From contig NC_069000.1 of assembly GCF_001194135.2 (NCBI RefSeq), positions 47,526,567 to 47,585,882 on the forward strand: DNA of 59,316 nt, given 5' to 3'. Within the stretch, counting starts at the first letter, position 1; each line of letters begins with the position of its first letter. Below are positions 1 through 10,019 of this stretch, piece by piece. The translations under genes were made by a program, and so were the position numbers. Source of the DNA: Octopus bimaculoides. Taxonomy: Eukaryota. The notes beneath the pieces were generated by a model. The model did no database searches and had not been told where the DNA came from. It saw only the letters and a list, made by a program, of their open reading frames with translations.

Positions 1-373
1 GTCCATAAACAAATCTCAGGGTCAAACACTGTCTATAGCTGGTCTTCTCTTGGAACAGCCCTGCTTCTCACATGGACAACTGTATGTTGGCTGCTCAAGA
101 GTGGGCAGCAAAAAAAAACCTATTTGTATATGCTCCACAAGGGAAAACAAGGAACATTGTTTACAACGAGGTGTTATAATCACAACAGCAAGAAAGTATG
201 TACATGATCACCTTCTTTTACAAAACTTCATTGACTTTCATATATTTATATTGATATACATATATATACGTGTGTATATACATCTCTATATATAAAGATG
301 ATGCGTAGTCTAGACGGCGTTTTTAGATTTCATTATTCTCTTTAACCCGGGCAACGCCGGGTATTTCTGCTAG
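1..373 (+). mobile_element. 3' end of a Helitron (C-terminus of PIF1-like RepHel helicase + terminal hairpin + CTAG)
   Basis: Frame +2 reads SINKSQGQTLSIAGLLLEQPCFSHGQLYVGCSRVG (helicase motifs T/SxxKSQGQT and FSHGQLYVAxSRV). After a frameshift in a 9-A run it continues NLFVYAPQGKTRNIVYNEVL* (stop 177-179). Hairpin acccgggcaacgccgggt at 345-362, then CTAG at 370-373 followed by T. Confidence 0.9.
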
Positions 374-1039
374 TATATCTATATATATATAGGATTAAAT
401 GTAAGGATAAGCAATTTAGGCAAGTCATATGGCAATAATATGGTTGTTTAAGAATACTAAATATGTTTGTGTATATTTGAATTATTTTGTCTCTCATGAA
501 AGTGTGTGGCACATTTGCTTGTCACTGCCATTTATAGCCAGGCAGTCTCTCTCTCTCTCTCTCTCTCCATTGCCTAACATCCTACCAATGATGGCAACAA
601 AGACATAACAAACCCCATCAGACTTGCCTAGCTTGCTTGTCCTTACATTTATTCCTCTCCGTGCTCAAGTTTAAATCTCTTGAGCACTATGAAGTGTATT
701 CTGTACACAGAATACTTGTCTCTAATCTATCTATATGTATATATATTGTTAATGTTTGTTTTTATGTTCAGTTCTAATAAAAACAAATTTGCTTTAATCT
801 CAATAGTTACTCTATAGTTTTGTAGAGTACAAATTTATTATTCTTAAACAAGAATATCATTGACAGTGTGACGATGGTTTAACTGGTCAAAACTTTGAAG
901 TCACTGCCAATAATATGCTTGTTTAAGAATAATGAATATGAGTGTGCGTATGTACGTGTGTATGTATATGTGAATATTTTGTCTCTCATTAAAGTTTATG
1001 GCATGTTTGCTTGCCACTGCCTAACATCCTGCTAGTCAA

Positions 1040-1965
1040 GAACTTCTACGAGATAACTTGTTTAGGGCTGCAGATCAGACATTTGGCTGGAGTGAAGGCC
1101 CAGCCTAGTCAGTATATTACATGGTGGTGGATTATTATGGGGTATAAGGTAATAAAGGCTAAGAGAAAGGTTTGGAAAACCTGCAAGGATGGTAACGGTA
1201 AGGAGCATTACCAAGTGGTTAAAAGAGCTGCTAAGGGACAGGTATGTTTCACTAGGGATAAGGGAGAAACTTGTTCAAGTTTTGCCATGTGAGGGTCCGA
1301 GTTGTGAAGTGTTCAGGATGGTAAGGCAGTGTGTGAGAGAGAACTGTGATGTCACTGGTGAGAAGTGTATTTGGAAGGAGGAGATGGTATATCTGCCATC
1401 GATGAGGAAGACAAGGCAATGACATGGAATTCTGTTATAAGAGGCTGGGGAACATGGAGAATGCATGAGATAAAAAAAGGACTACGTTCTAGTCACCAGA
1501 CAGAGGGACCGACAATTCAAGTTGACAGGTCCATTAGGGATAATTGGAGGGATGCTTAAAATATCTGGTTAAGGTAGGATAAATGGATAGTTAATGAAGT
1601 CATACGGGAAGGTGTCATACCCAAAGGCCAAAGTAGTAGTGTCATTGGAAAATGCTATAAGGAGGAAGGTGATGCCTTAGAGAGAATTCAAACAACTGGA
1701 TCAAGTTATGAAGATCAGAGAGAGAGAGCTATAGCAGAATAGATTTGTCACTGCTTCAATTTGTGCTGGAAGAGGTACCACAGATGCACTATTCTTAGTG
1801 AGGCAACTACAAGAGAAATACTTGGCTAAGAGTAAAGAATTATTCCTGACATTCATTGTCTTAGAGACAGTGTCTGACAGGGTACTGTATACTACTATAA
1901 TGTGGTAGTCACTAGGGAAACTAAATGTTGACAAATGGCTTGTTAGGGCTGTACAAGTTATGTGC
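1040..1965 (+). mobile_element. Degenerate RTE-clade LINE fragment (linker + N-terminal RT region)
   Basis: Frameshifted translation gives AKRKVWK...KEHYQVVKRAA and GRGTTDALFLVRQLQEKYLAKSKELF...WLVRAVQVM, typical of RTE reverse transcriptases; multiple stops. Confidence 0.8.
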
Positions 1966-2227
1966 AGCTGTCAAATGGTGCCCGGGTGGGGGTGGGGGGT
2001 ACTTTTTCAAGTCGGCGTAAAAGCGAGACAGAGAAAGTGCGATTGGATTGGGGAAGTTCTTTTGAAGTTGGTGTTCCGTGTGTGTGTGAGCGCTACAGTT
2101 TTGTTCCTGCTGCTAACTTTTTCTCTCTCTAGGTTTATTTTTCTGTTTGTTGGCGATTTTATGATCAGATTCATAGATACGTTTTTATTAATATTTTTTC
2201 GTTTATATTATTTGTTTTGAAATGTAT

Positions 2228-2346
2228 TATATAAATACAGACACAAGCATAAATAAATGTCCGCTTTCTACGTCAGTCAGTGAAGGCAGTCACTGGCGTA
2301 AACTTTAAAATACATATCCTAGTAAATTCACTCAGTACAAGTAGGT
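2228..2346 (+). promoter_or_regulatory. Candidate core promoter and non-coding first exon (possibly of the TPR-TIR gene)
   Basis: TATATAAA 2228-2235, CATAAATA 2248-2255, Inr-like TCAGTC 2273-2278, donor-like CAA|GTAGGT at 2341. Motif-only inference. Confidence 0.3.
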
Positions 2347-2798
2347 TGTTTGGCAAGTTCAGGAAATACGATTAGGTTGACAGCAGTTAAAAGTGAAACT
2401 ACATTGAAAATTGCTTTGACAACTTGTGACTTCTTTCGTCCAGCTTTGAAAACACCTCAACACATTCCTGGGATCTTTTTTAAAACGGGGGCCACATTTT
2501 TCATTAATGTTTTACGTAGTGCTTTTGGTACCGAAAGACTTTCAAACTTCGTATACTTATCTATTTTGTGTTATAGAACAGAAAAATATTTTTGTATTCG
2601 AATTTATTTCATGTAAAAAATTGTCTTATTTCTTCGTTTTATTTGCTTTTTTCTTTTTAAATTTGCTGTTTAACCCTAACCCTATCACCGATAGAATTGT
2701 TTCAGAATCGTTTGTTTATGTAGTCGGCACTTAATGTATATCGGCTGAATGGACGTCAGTGATTGGTTGAAATTACAGAAATACGACAATTTTAACAT

Positions 2799-3501
2799 NN
2801 NNNNNNNNNNNNNNNNNNNNNNNNNNNNNNNNNNNNNNNNNNNNNNNNNNNNNNNNNNNNNNNNNNNNNNNNNNNNNNNNNNNNNNNNNNNNNNNNNNNN
2901 NNNNNNNNNNNNNNNNNNNNNNNNNNNNNNNNNNNNNNNNNNNNNNNNNNNNNNNNNNNNNNNNNNNNNNNNNNNNNNNNNNNNNNNNNNNNNNNNNNNN
3001 NNNNNNNNNNNNNNNNNNNNNNNNNNNNNNNNNNNNNNNNNNNNNNNNNNNNNNNNNNNNNNNNNNNNNNNNNNNNNNNNNNNNNNNNNNNNNNNNNNNN
3101 NNNNNNNNNNNNNNNNNNNNNNNNNNNNNNNNNNNNNNNNNNNNNNNNNNNNNNNNNNNNNNNNNNNNNNNNNNNNNNNNNNNNNNNNNNNNNNNNNNNN
3201 NNNNNNNNNNNNNNNNNNNNNNNNNNNNNNNNNNNNNNNNNNNNNNNNNNNNNNNNNNNNNNNNNNNNNNNNNNNNNNNNNNNNNNNNNNNNNNNNNNNN
3301 NNNNNNNNNNNNNNNNNNNNNNNNNNNNNNNNNNNNNNNNNNNNNNNNNNNNNNNNNNNNNNNNNNNNNNNNNNNNNNNNNNNNNNNNNNNNNNNNNNNN
3401 NNNNNNNNNNNNNNNNNNNNNNNNNNNNNNNNNNNNNNNNNNNNNNNNNNNNNNNNNNNNNNNNNNNNNNNNNNNNNNNNNNNNNNNNNNNNNNNNNNNN
3501 N
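2799..3501. other. Assembly gap (N run)
   Basis: Direct observation. Confidence 1.
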
Positions 3502-4296
3502 TATGTGTGTGTATATATATATATACATATACATACAAGAAGAAGAATATTTGTCTCTTATTATAAAAACAAAAGGGTTTATAGGACTGCAAAAGAAGTG
3601 CTCGAATATAAATGTGATGAAGATAAGCCGTTCTATTTGTATTATATTTGGATATATGTATATATATATTTATGTGTTTGTAGACCACGGTGTTTTTTTT
3701 TTATATATGATTAAATGTTTGAGGGGTGGGGTAGTATGTCAAGTCGTTGACCCAAAGTTAATGTTTGTTCTATAACCAATGCTTCTTTATATGTATATGT
3801 ATATTATATATATATATGTATGTATATAATATATTTTTTCTTCAAAATATGCTGAAAAATACGGAGATTATGATTCTGAAAAAAGTTTCCAAAAATTTTA
3901 GTAAAATCTTTTTTTGAGATTTCTTTTATTTTGAAATATGCGGAAAAATACGGAGATTTATGATTCGGATAAATATTGTAAAACATTTCTGTACTTACGG
4001 TTCTGGTTGGGGTGTTAGGGTTAGGGGGAAAAAGTCAAAATTGAAGAAGTTGGTGGGAAAAAAAGGGGGGGGGGTAAAATTTCAGAATGCCGATTTTTGG
4101 CAATTATTCAGAACCTCCGTATCCGAAAACGGGGATTTTTGGCAAAAAATATTTTAAATCAACAAATTTGGGAGAAAATGGGGGTGAGGGTCTTTCCCAA
4201 AATTGAAGCGAAAACATTAAACATTATGGTTAATGTTTACATCGCCCACTATTATTGAAAGTGGGTAGAAATAAACGGTAAATTGAATTTTCATTG

Positions 4297-4709
4297 NNNN
4301 NNNNNNNNNNNNNNNNNNNNNNNNNNNNNNNNNNNNNNNNNNNNNNNNNNNNNNNNNNNNNNNNNNNNNNNNNNNNNNNNNNNNNNNNNNNNNNNNNNNN
4401 NNNNNNNNNNNNNNNNNNNNNNNNNNNNNNNNNNNNNNNNNNNNNNNNNNNNNNNNNNNNNNNNNNNNNNNNNNNNNNNNNNNNNNNNNNNNNNNNNNNN
4501 NNNNNNNNNNNNNNNNNNNNNNNNNNNNNNNNNNNNNNNNNNNNNNNNNNNNNNNNNNNNNNNNNNNNNNNNNNNNNNNNNNNNNNNNNNNNNNNNNNNN
4601 NNNNNNNNNNNNNNNNNNNNNNNNNNNNNNNNNNNNNNNNNNNNNNNNNNNNNNNNNNNNNNNNNNNNNNNNNNNNNNNNNNNNNNNNNNNNNNNNNNNN
4701 NNNNNNNNN
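4297..4709. other. Assembly gap (N run)
   Basis: Direct observation. Confidence 1.
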
Positions 4710-4949
4710 ATCGTAATGTATGCTGCTTGAAAGGCACTTCTATAAAATTTCATTGAAAAAGACCCAAATTCCTAAAACTTACGAGGGGAAAACTCGGATC
4801 TTGTGAATTATTCGAGGTCTTCTCCCCCCACTTTCCCATTCCTTTGCGCGCATTTTTTTTTTTTTTCCTATTCGTTTTCTTCACATTTTTTTACACTCAT
4901 TGCACTATTTTTTTCTGACTTTCGTTTCCGAGTCAAGTTACTCTTTATT

Positions 4950-5110
4950 GTTTTTACTTGTTTCAGTCATTTGACTGTGGCCATGCTGGAGCACCGCCTT
5001 TAGTCGAGCAAATCGACCCCAGGACTTGCCTAGTACTTACTCTATCGGTACCTTTTGCCGAACCGCTAAGTTACGGGGACGTAAACATACCAGCATCGGT
5101 TGTCAACTGA
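4950..5110 (+). mobile_element. SINE copy (family with ttgactgtggccatgctggagcaccgcc...atcgaccccagga core)
   Basis: The same core recurs at about 11915, 13470, 15340 and 32770. Confidence 0.75.
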
Positions 5111-6512
5111 AGAGCTGGCCTTATATTCTTCTAATCCACCACTAACTTCATTACTTGAATCGCTGACCAGTCTATAGTTTTCCAGTTTGTAACATGATAT
5201 ACCATCAATAGAAATATTAATCTGGAATCGAACACACTACCCCCCCCCCACACTTGGATGCACAGTGCATGTCAGGTGGCTTCACCCAAATCTCATCCTT
5301 GGTCTCAACTGATGATACTAATCCTTCCTCTCCTCCAGTTTCAGATTTTATTGCGCTTGCGTATTGTTACTCGTATTGGAACACAGCTCTCTGACGTACT
5401 GACTCCATCTGGCCTGAGGTGACCTACCAGAACATTGCTGCCATCAAGGAGGTATGCCCTCTTTCAGCTATCTCTTTGATTGTTCAATGTTGTCTCTCCA
5501 TGATTCCCTTTCTACTCAACCTATACCTAGTGGTGCCTGACCTCTCATTGATTCTGATCAAACTGTGATCAGTCCCTCATCCACTGGGCTCCCTCTCATA
5601 AAATATCATGCTCAGGACCCTAATAATTTCAAGTTGGGCCACTGCTCTAATCTCCCTTAAAATTTCTATTGGGCCTGCAGTTAGTTACGGTGGGACATGG
5701 CCCTTGCTGATAGCACATCACATGCATTGCCAAATATTTCCAGTTGTTTTTCCTTGGCCAGCCCTCAACTACAAACACTCCCTCCATAAAATCCTTTTTT
5801 CACCTGGCCCCTATTCTTCTTGCATGTGCCAGGGCTTCGGTGCCATTGGCAACATTAGCTTTCAGGAGAAATAAGAGAGGAACCCCTACAAATGACTGAT
5901 GTCACCTTTACCCCTCGTTTCACCCACGATCTCAATTGTTAATGTCTCAAGTACTTTATGAACCTGTGATTACTAACACTAATTAAACCATCTTAACTTT
6001 CATTCTATTGTATAGTTTATAAACAATAAAACACCATACTCTAGAATTTCTGTGGCCATCTAGGATGTGCGGCATGTCATTTCCATGTGGTTCATTTTGT
6101 TTTGTACAGTAGGCCATTCAACAATTTTACCCACAACCCAAATCTCAACCACAGCCATCAAATCATAGTGTCTCTGTTTTCAAAAAACGTTCCAACCACG
6201 ACAATCCAGCCATATAAAAGTATTTTGATCCACATTCCAAATATAACCATCTTGTCTATAACAGCAAATATCTGTGTATCTTAGTTCTTGGTTCCAGAAT
6301 CACACACTTTACCAGAATGTGAATATCTTTTCTTTCAATTGCTTTTACTTGTTTTCTCTCTTTCACTCTGTACCCTCTCCCCCACTTTTCCTCCTCTCTC
6401 CTTCCCTCTCTTTTACTCCCTCTCTAGCAGTTAATGTCACTTGTATAATGGCAATATTAATACAATGGGATGTAATGCAGGTTTAACTTCTTTTTTTCTT
6501 TTCTTTACCCAG

Positions 6513-8690
6513 GACTCTGATGAAAAAATAAAATTTTACAGGATAAAAGTTGAAGAATTTCCAAACATGCTGGAAGAATCATTTAGCCTTAAAGTGAATC
6601 TACTTAGTGCCAAGTTGCAAAAAGTTGAAAATGCCTTAAGAAATGAAATTTTGCTTGATTTACAAGAAGAAATTTGCAACCAACATGCTAAAGTCTTTCT
6701 CCTTTGGACTTTACATGAGCAAATATTGGCCAAAGAAATCACCATTGAAATACTGGAAAAAGATCCTAATAACTTGTTGGCGTTAACAAACCAAGCGTTA
6801 ATGTTCCTGCATTATGAAAATTTCCCTGAAGTCGATAGAGTGCTAGAGAAACTGAACACTTTAAAAAACAGCACCAATTTCCCTTCATTAGAAGCAAGAG
6901 GTAAAGCTGAAATTGCCTTTTGCATTTCTAGAATATCTTTTCCCCATTATCAACGTGCTATTGAACTTTTCAAAGAAGCTCTTCAGGTTTGCCCAAACAA
7001 TTATTTTTGGCTTTTTCGCTTGGCTCTGCTAATTTATCGTGGGATAAGGATATTACATGATAAAGAAAAGATGGAAAAATTTTCAAAGGAAGCTACTGAA
7101 ATTCTTCAAAGAATTACTTCAAATTATCCTCATCATGTTAATGATCAGCTAATGGCTAAAACTTTGGTTTTGTTAGGATCTCTTCAAAATATTGCTTTTG
7201 TTCATTCTCGTACTAGGACAACGATTAAATATTTCCAGAGAGCTTGTAGTTTGTTTCCTCAAGACCGATTTGTAATGGAAAAAAGTGCTTCTTTCTATTT
7301 AACAATCGCTAAGTATGAAGATGCACAGAAATTGCTGGAAGAAGCCATTAAAAGGAATGAAACCTCACTTTCACATCATCATCTTGGTATTATTTATAGG
7401 AATCAAATTCCTGGATACAAAGATTTGTGCGTTAAAAAATTACCCTTCTCTAATTGTAAAACACAAGAACTAAAAGAATTAAAAGTCGAAAAACGAATAT
7501 TAAAATGTCCTGAGATAATACCTGATATTGAAAGAAATGAAAGTGTTGATAAGGCTGAATACCATTTTAAAAGGGCTTATGGTCTGGATCCTAGTAATTT
7601 GCATGTTTTGTATGATCTGGCTTTGTTATACAGAAGTGTGCGTGAATACGAAAATGCGATGAAATGTTTTGAAGATATAAACTTTTCAGTTTTGGACATT
7701 TGGGAAAAGATCAAATACTTCATTCAATATGGAAAATTTTGTTTTTTTCTGGCTGATAAAAAAGAAAGTGAAGAAGAGAAACAAGATTTAATAGATGCTG
7801 GTACAGATATGTTTGTCTGTGCCATCAATCATTTATCTGAGATTCTGGTGCTCAATAAAAGACAGAAACAAATTTGGGATATCAAAAAGATAATGAAAGG
7901 AATTTATAACTTTGCTGACACAGAATACAAAAGTAATCTAATGAAATTAATTCAGTCTATAAAAGAATTGCCTGATGAGGGAGGAATTTTCCCCAAACTT
8001 CTCAAAGAATGTGGTGGAAATGAACTTTCACAAAAACTACGATTGTTATGCCGGCAGGAGAAATTTCAACAAGCTTTTTTCCATTTAGAGTTTTCTGGTT
8101 GTCAACAAAGTGAAATTGATGTAGACCTTAGGAAAACAATTTATCTTCAATATGCTAAAGAGTTCTATGGAAAGAGACAGAAGGTAGCTACAATAATTTT
8201 CAAAAAATATTATGAACTTTGCTTTGGGTATTCCCAAGAATCTGGACACAAAGTATGTACACTTAGCTCATCAAAGATTCCTTTTTTTCAATATGATGTC
8301 TACATTTTAACATCAAAAAGTGATAATGGTGATGCTAAACATCTAGCAGAGAGTTTGGTGACATATTTTGGATTGCAAACTAGCTACGGAGACTCTGATT
8401 TCACTCTAGGAATAGGAAAAATGGTAAATGTTCATAAAGTAATGGAAGACAGCTGCCATATTGGAATTTTTTATTCCCCGGATATTTTATCTGAAACGGA
8501 ATATGCCATGGAAATTATGAAAAACCGAAAATTGAAAACTGGGAAGATTTTTCTGATAAATAGTTCTGAGATACCCAAACATTTACAAAGTTTTCCTAAT
8601 GTCGACTACAAGAACAAGAATCACACAGAACTGTTAAGACTCTTTGAATTGCTTTGTTCGTCAGAGATAGATAGAGAGATGGATGGATAA
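6513..8690 (+). CDS. TTC22/IFIT-like tetratricopeptide-repeat protein with C-terminal TIR-like domain; single large coding exon
   Basis: Uninterrupted 2.2-kb frame. A pyrimidine tract plus AG at 6511-6512 (ttctttacccag|GAC) marks the exon start in phase 0, so the TTG at 6441 in the ORF track is probably intronic. First in-frame ATG is 6567 (707 aa). TPR-like helices: DPNNLLALTNQA, AIELFKEALQVCPNNYFWLFRLA, AQKLLEEAIKRNETSLSHHHLGIIYRNQ, AEYHFKRAYGLDPSNLHVLYDLALLY. From 8292 a TIR pattern: YDVYIL...GDSDFTLG...MEDSCHIGIFYSPDIL. AATAAA at 8977. Confidence 0.88.
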   Translation, partial: DSDEKIKFYRIKVEEFPNMLEESFSLKVNLLSAKLQKVENALRNEILLDLQEEICNQHAKVFLLWTLHEQILAKEITIEILEKDPNNLLALTNQALMFLHYENFPEVDRVLEKLNTLKNSTNFPSLEARGKAEIAFCISRISFPHYQRAIELFKEALQVCPNNYFWLFRLALLIYRGIRILHDKEKMEKFSKEATEILQRITSNYPHHVNDQLMAKTLVLLGSLQNIAFVHSRTRTTIKYFQRACSLFPQDRFVMEKSASFYLTIAKYEDAQKLLEEAIKRNETSLSHHHLGIIYRNQIPGYKDLCVKKLPFSNCKTQELKELKVEKRILKCPEIIPDIERNESVDKAEYHFKRAYGLDPSNLHVLYDLALLYRSVREYENAMKCFEDINFSVLDIWEKIKYFIQYGKFCFFLADKKESEEEKQDLIDAGTDMFVCAINHLSEILVLNKRQKQIWDIKKIMKGIYNFADTEYKSNLMKLIQSIKELPDEGGIFPKLLKECGGNELSQKLRLLCRQEKFQQAFFHLEFSGCQQSEIDVDLRKTIYLQYAKEFYGKRQKVATIIFKKYYELCFGYSQESGHKVCTLSSSKIPFFQYDVYILTSKSDNGDAKHLAESLVTYFGLQTSYGDSDFTLGIGKMVNVHKVMEDSCHIGIFYSPDILSETEYAMEIMKNRKLKTGKIFLINSSEIPKHLQSFPNVDYKNKNHTELLRLFELLCSSEIDREMDG

Positions 8691-9030
8691 TTGGAATGAT
8701 GGACGGACGAATGGAGTGATGAACAGATGAATGGATAGGTGGATGCATGCATACATATATACGTATGTATTATTCTTTTCCCTTGAATTTTCTCTGGTAC
8801 TCCATCACTACCAACTTTGCATTATATCATTAATTTTCTATATAATTTTTTTTTATATGTGACTGTGGATTTTCATCGATTAGTTCATGAACTTTGGTTC
8901 TTTTCTCTAAAAGAGACTTTGGTTCTTTTCTCTATTGATATTTTATACTGTGAAACTTAATTTAATTTTAATTCTTAATAAATTGAATTTAATTGAGTTT
9001 TTACCTGTAAATTTGGATTTTTATCCCTAA

Positions 9031-9060
<30 letters not shown>

Positions 9061-9061
<1 letters not shown>

Positions 9062-9299
9062 CTATATATATATACATACACACACATACTATAGCCTCAG
9101 GCCCACCAAAGCTTTGTGAGTGGATTTCGTTCACAGAAACTGAAAGCAGACTGTTGTATATATATGTGTGTGTTTGTACCCCTACCATCGCTTGACAACC
9201 GATGTTCTAGCATGGCCGCAATCACATGACCAAAACAAATAAAACAATAAAAAAAACTATAGCATTTTAATCCCGAGCAACGCCGGGCATCTCTGCTAG
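9061..9299 (+). mobile_element. Short non-autonomous Helitron
   Basis: A|TC start at 9061. Terminal hairpin cccgagcaacgccggg (9272-9287) nearly identical to the one at 346-361, then CTAG|T at 9296-9300. Contains an internal SINE fragment. Confidence 0.75.
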
Positions 9300-9742
9300 T
9301 ATATGTATTCCTGTATAGGATTCACACTTGGTTGGTTGGCAATTATAAATATATACTATTTAGTAGGTGAGGGGTGTTTTAATCAGTTAAATCGACCCTT
9401 GTATATGACTGGTACTTAATGGTATCGACCCCAGAAGCATGAAAGGGAAACGTGACACTAGGAGGCCGTGAAATCACAACCAAGGCGGCCGTAACTAAAT
9501 ACTATAAGGTATTTCGTCTGACGTACCAAGCAATTCTATTTCTTTGTTGAAATATTTCGTTTCCTACTTCCAGTCACTTTCAGTTTAAGCGGAAATTTTG
9601 TTCTGCTAAATATAGAAGTTTTCCATTTTTCCCTCTTTTTTTTTATTGTATATAATTATACAATAGGCCACGTCCTTCGTAAACAATAAAAGGGCGAGAC
9701 AAGGACGGAGCCTTCGATCTGATTAAAAATAGAAGCTAAATT

Positions 9743-9801
9743 GGCATAACTACAGGGTTTTACCCCCCAGACTTTGGGGGGTAAAACCCTGTAGTTATGC
9801 C
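9743..9801. mobile_element. 59-bp perfect hairpin MITE, Merlin/IS1016-like (GG termini, 8-bp TSD)
   Basis: 27-bp arm ggcataactacagggttttacccccca (9743-9769), 5-nt loop gactt, exact reverse complement 9775-9801. gctaaatt is duplicated at 9735-9742 and 9802-9809. Confidence 0.85.
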
Positions 9802-9999
9802 GCTAAATTTCCTTTAGATCTTACCTTACCTTCTAAAAACAAAATAAAAAAAAATACTTAGGTATTGTTGTTGTAGGTTCTTTGCACTGACGAGATGGTC
9901 ACGGCTGGAAAAACTTTGACTTTAATCAAACATCTCCTCTGTCAGGAATAATCTGGAGTTAAACAACAATAGCAATAACAGGAACAATAATATATCGTC

Positions 10000-10019
10000 G
10001 GCATCTCTGTAGTTATGCC
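10000..10019. mobile_element. 20-bp internally deleted copy or footprint of the same element
   Basis: ggcatctctgtagttatgcc, flanked by atatcgtc at 9992-9999 and 10020-10027. Confidence 0.8.

Noticed and set aside
2671-4030. TTAGGG/CCCTAA telomere-like motifs (about 2673 and 4015)
   Set aside because: Only two units each, inside dispersed repeats; not a telomeric array.
2749-4756. Long ORFs in the track at 2749-3714, 4217-4756 and 32773-33441
   Set aside because: They are open only because they cross N gaps.
6441-6512. N-terminal 24 codons of the 749-aa ORF (TTG start)
   Set aside because: Non-ATG start and a pyrimidine tract ending in AG at 6512 indicate intron sequence.
9861-9971. Splice donor TTAG|GTATTG as the end of a SAMHD1 5' exon
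   Set aside because: It coincides with the left arm of a small inverted-repeat element (tattgttgtt ... aacaacaata), so it is more likely repeat sequence.
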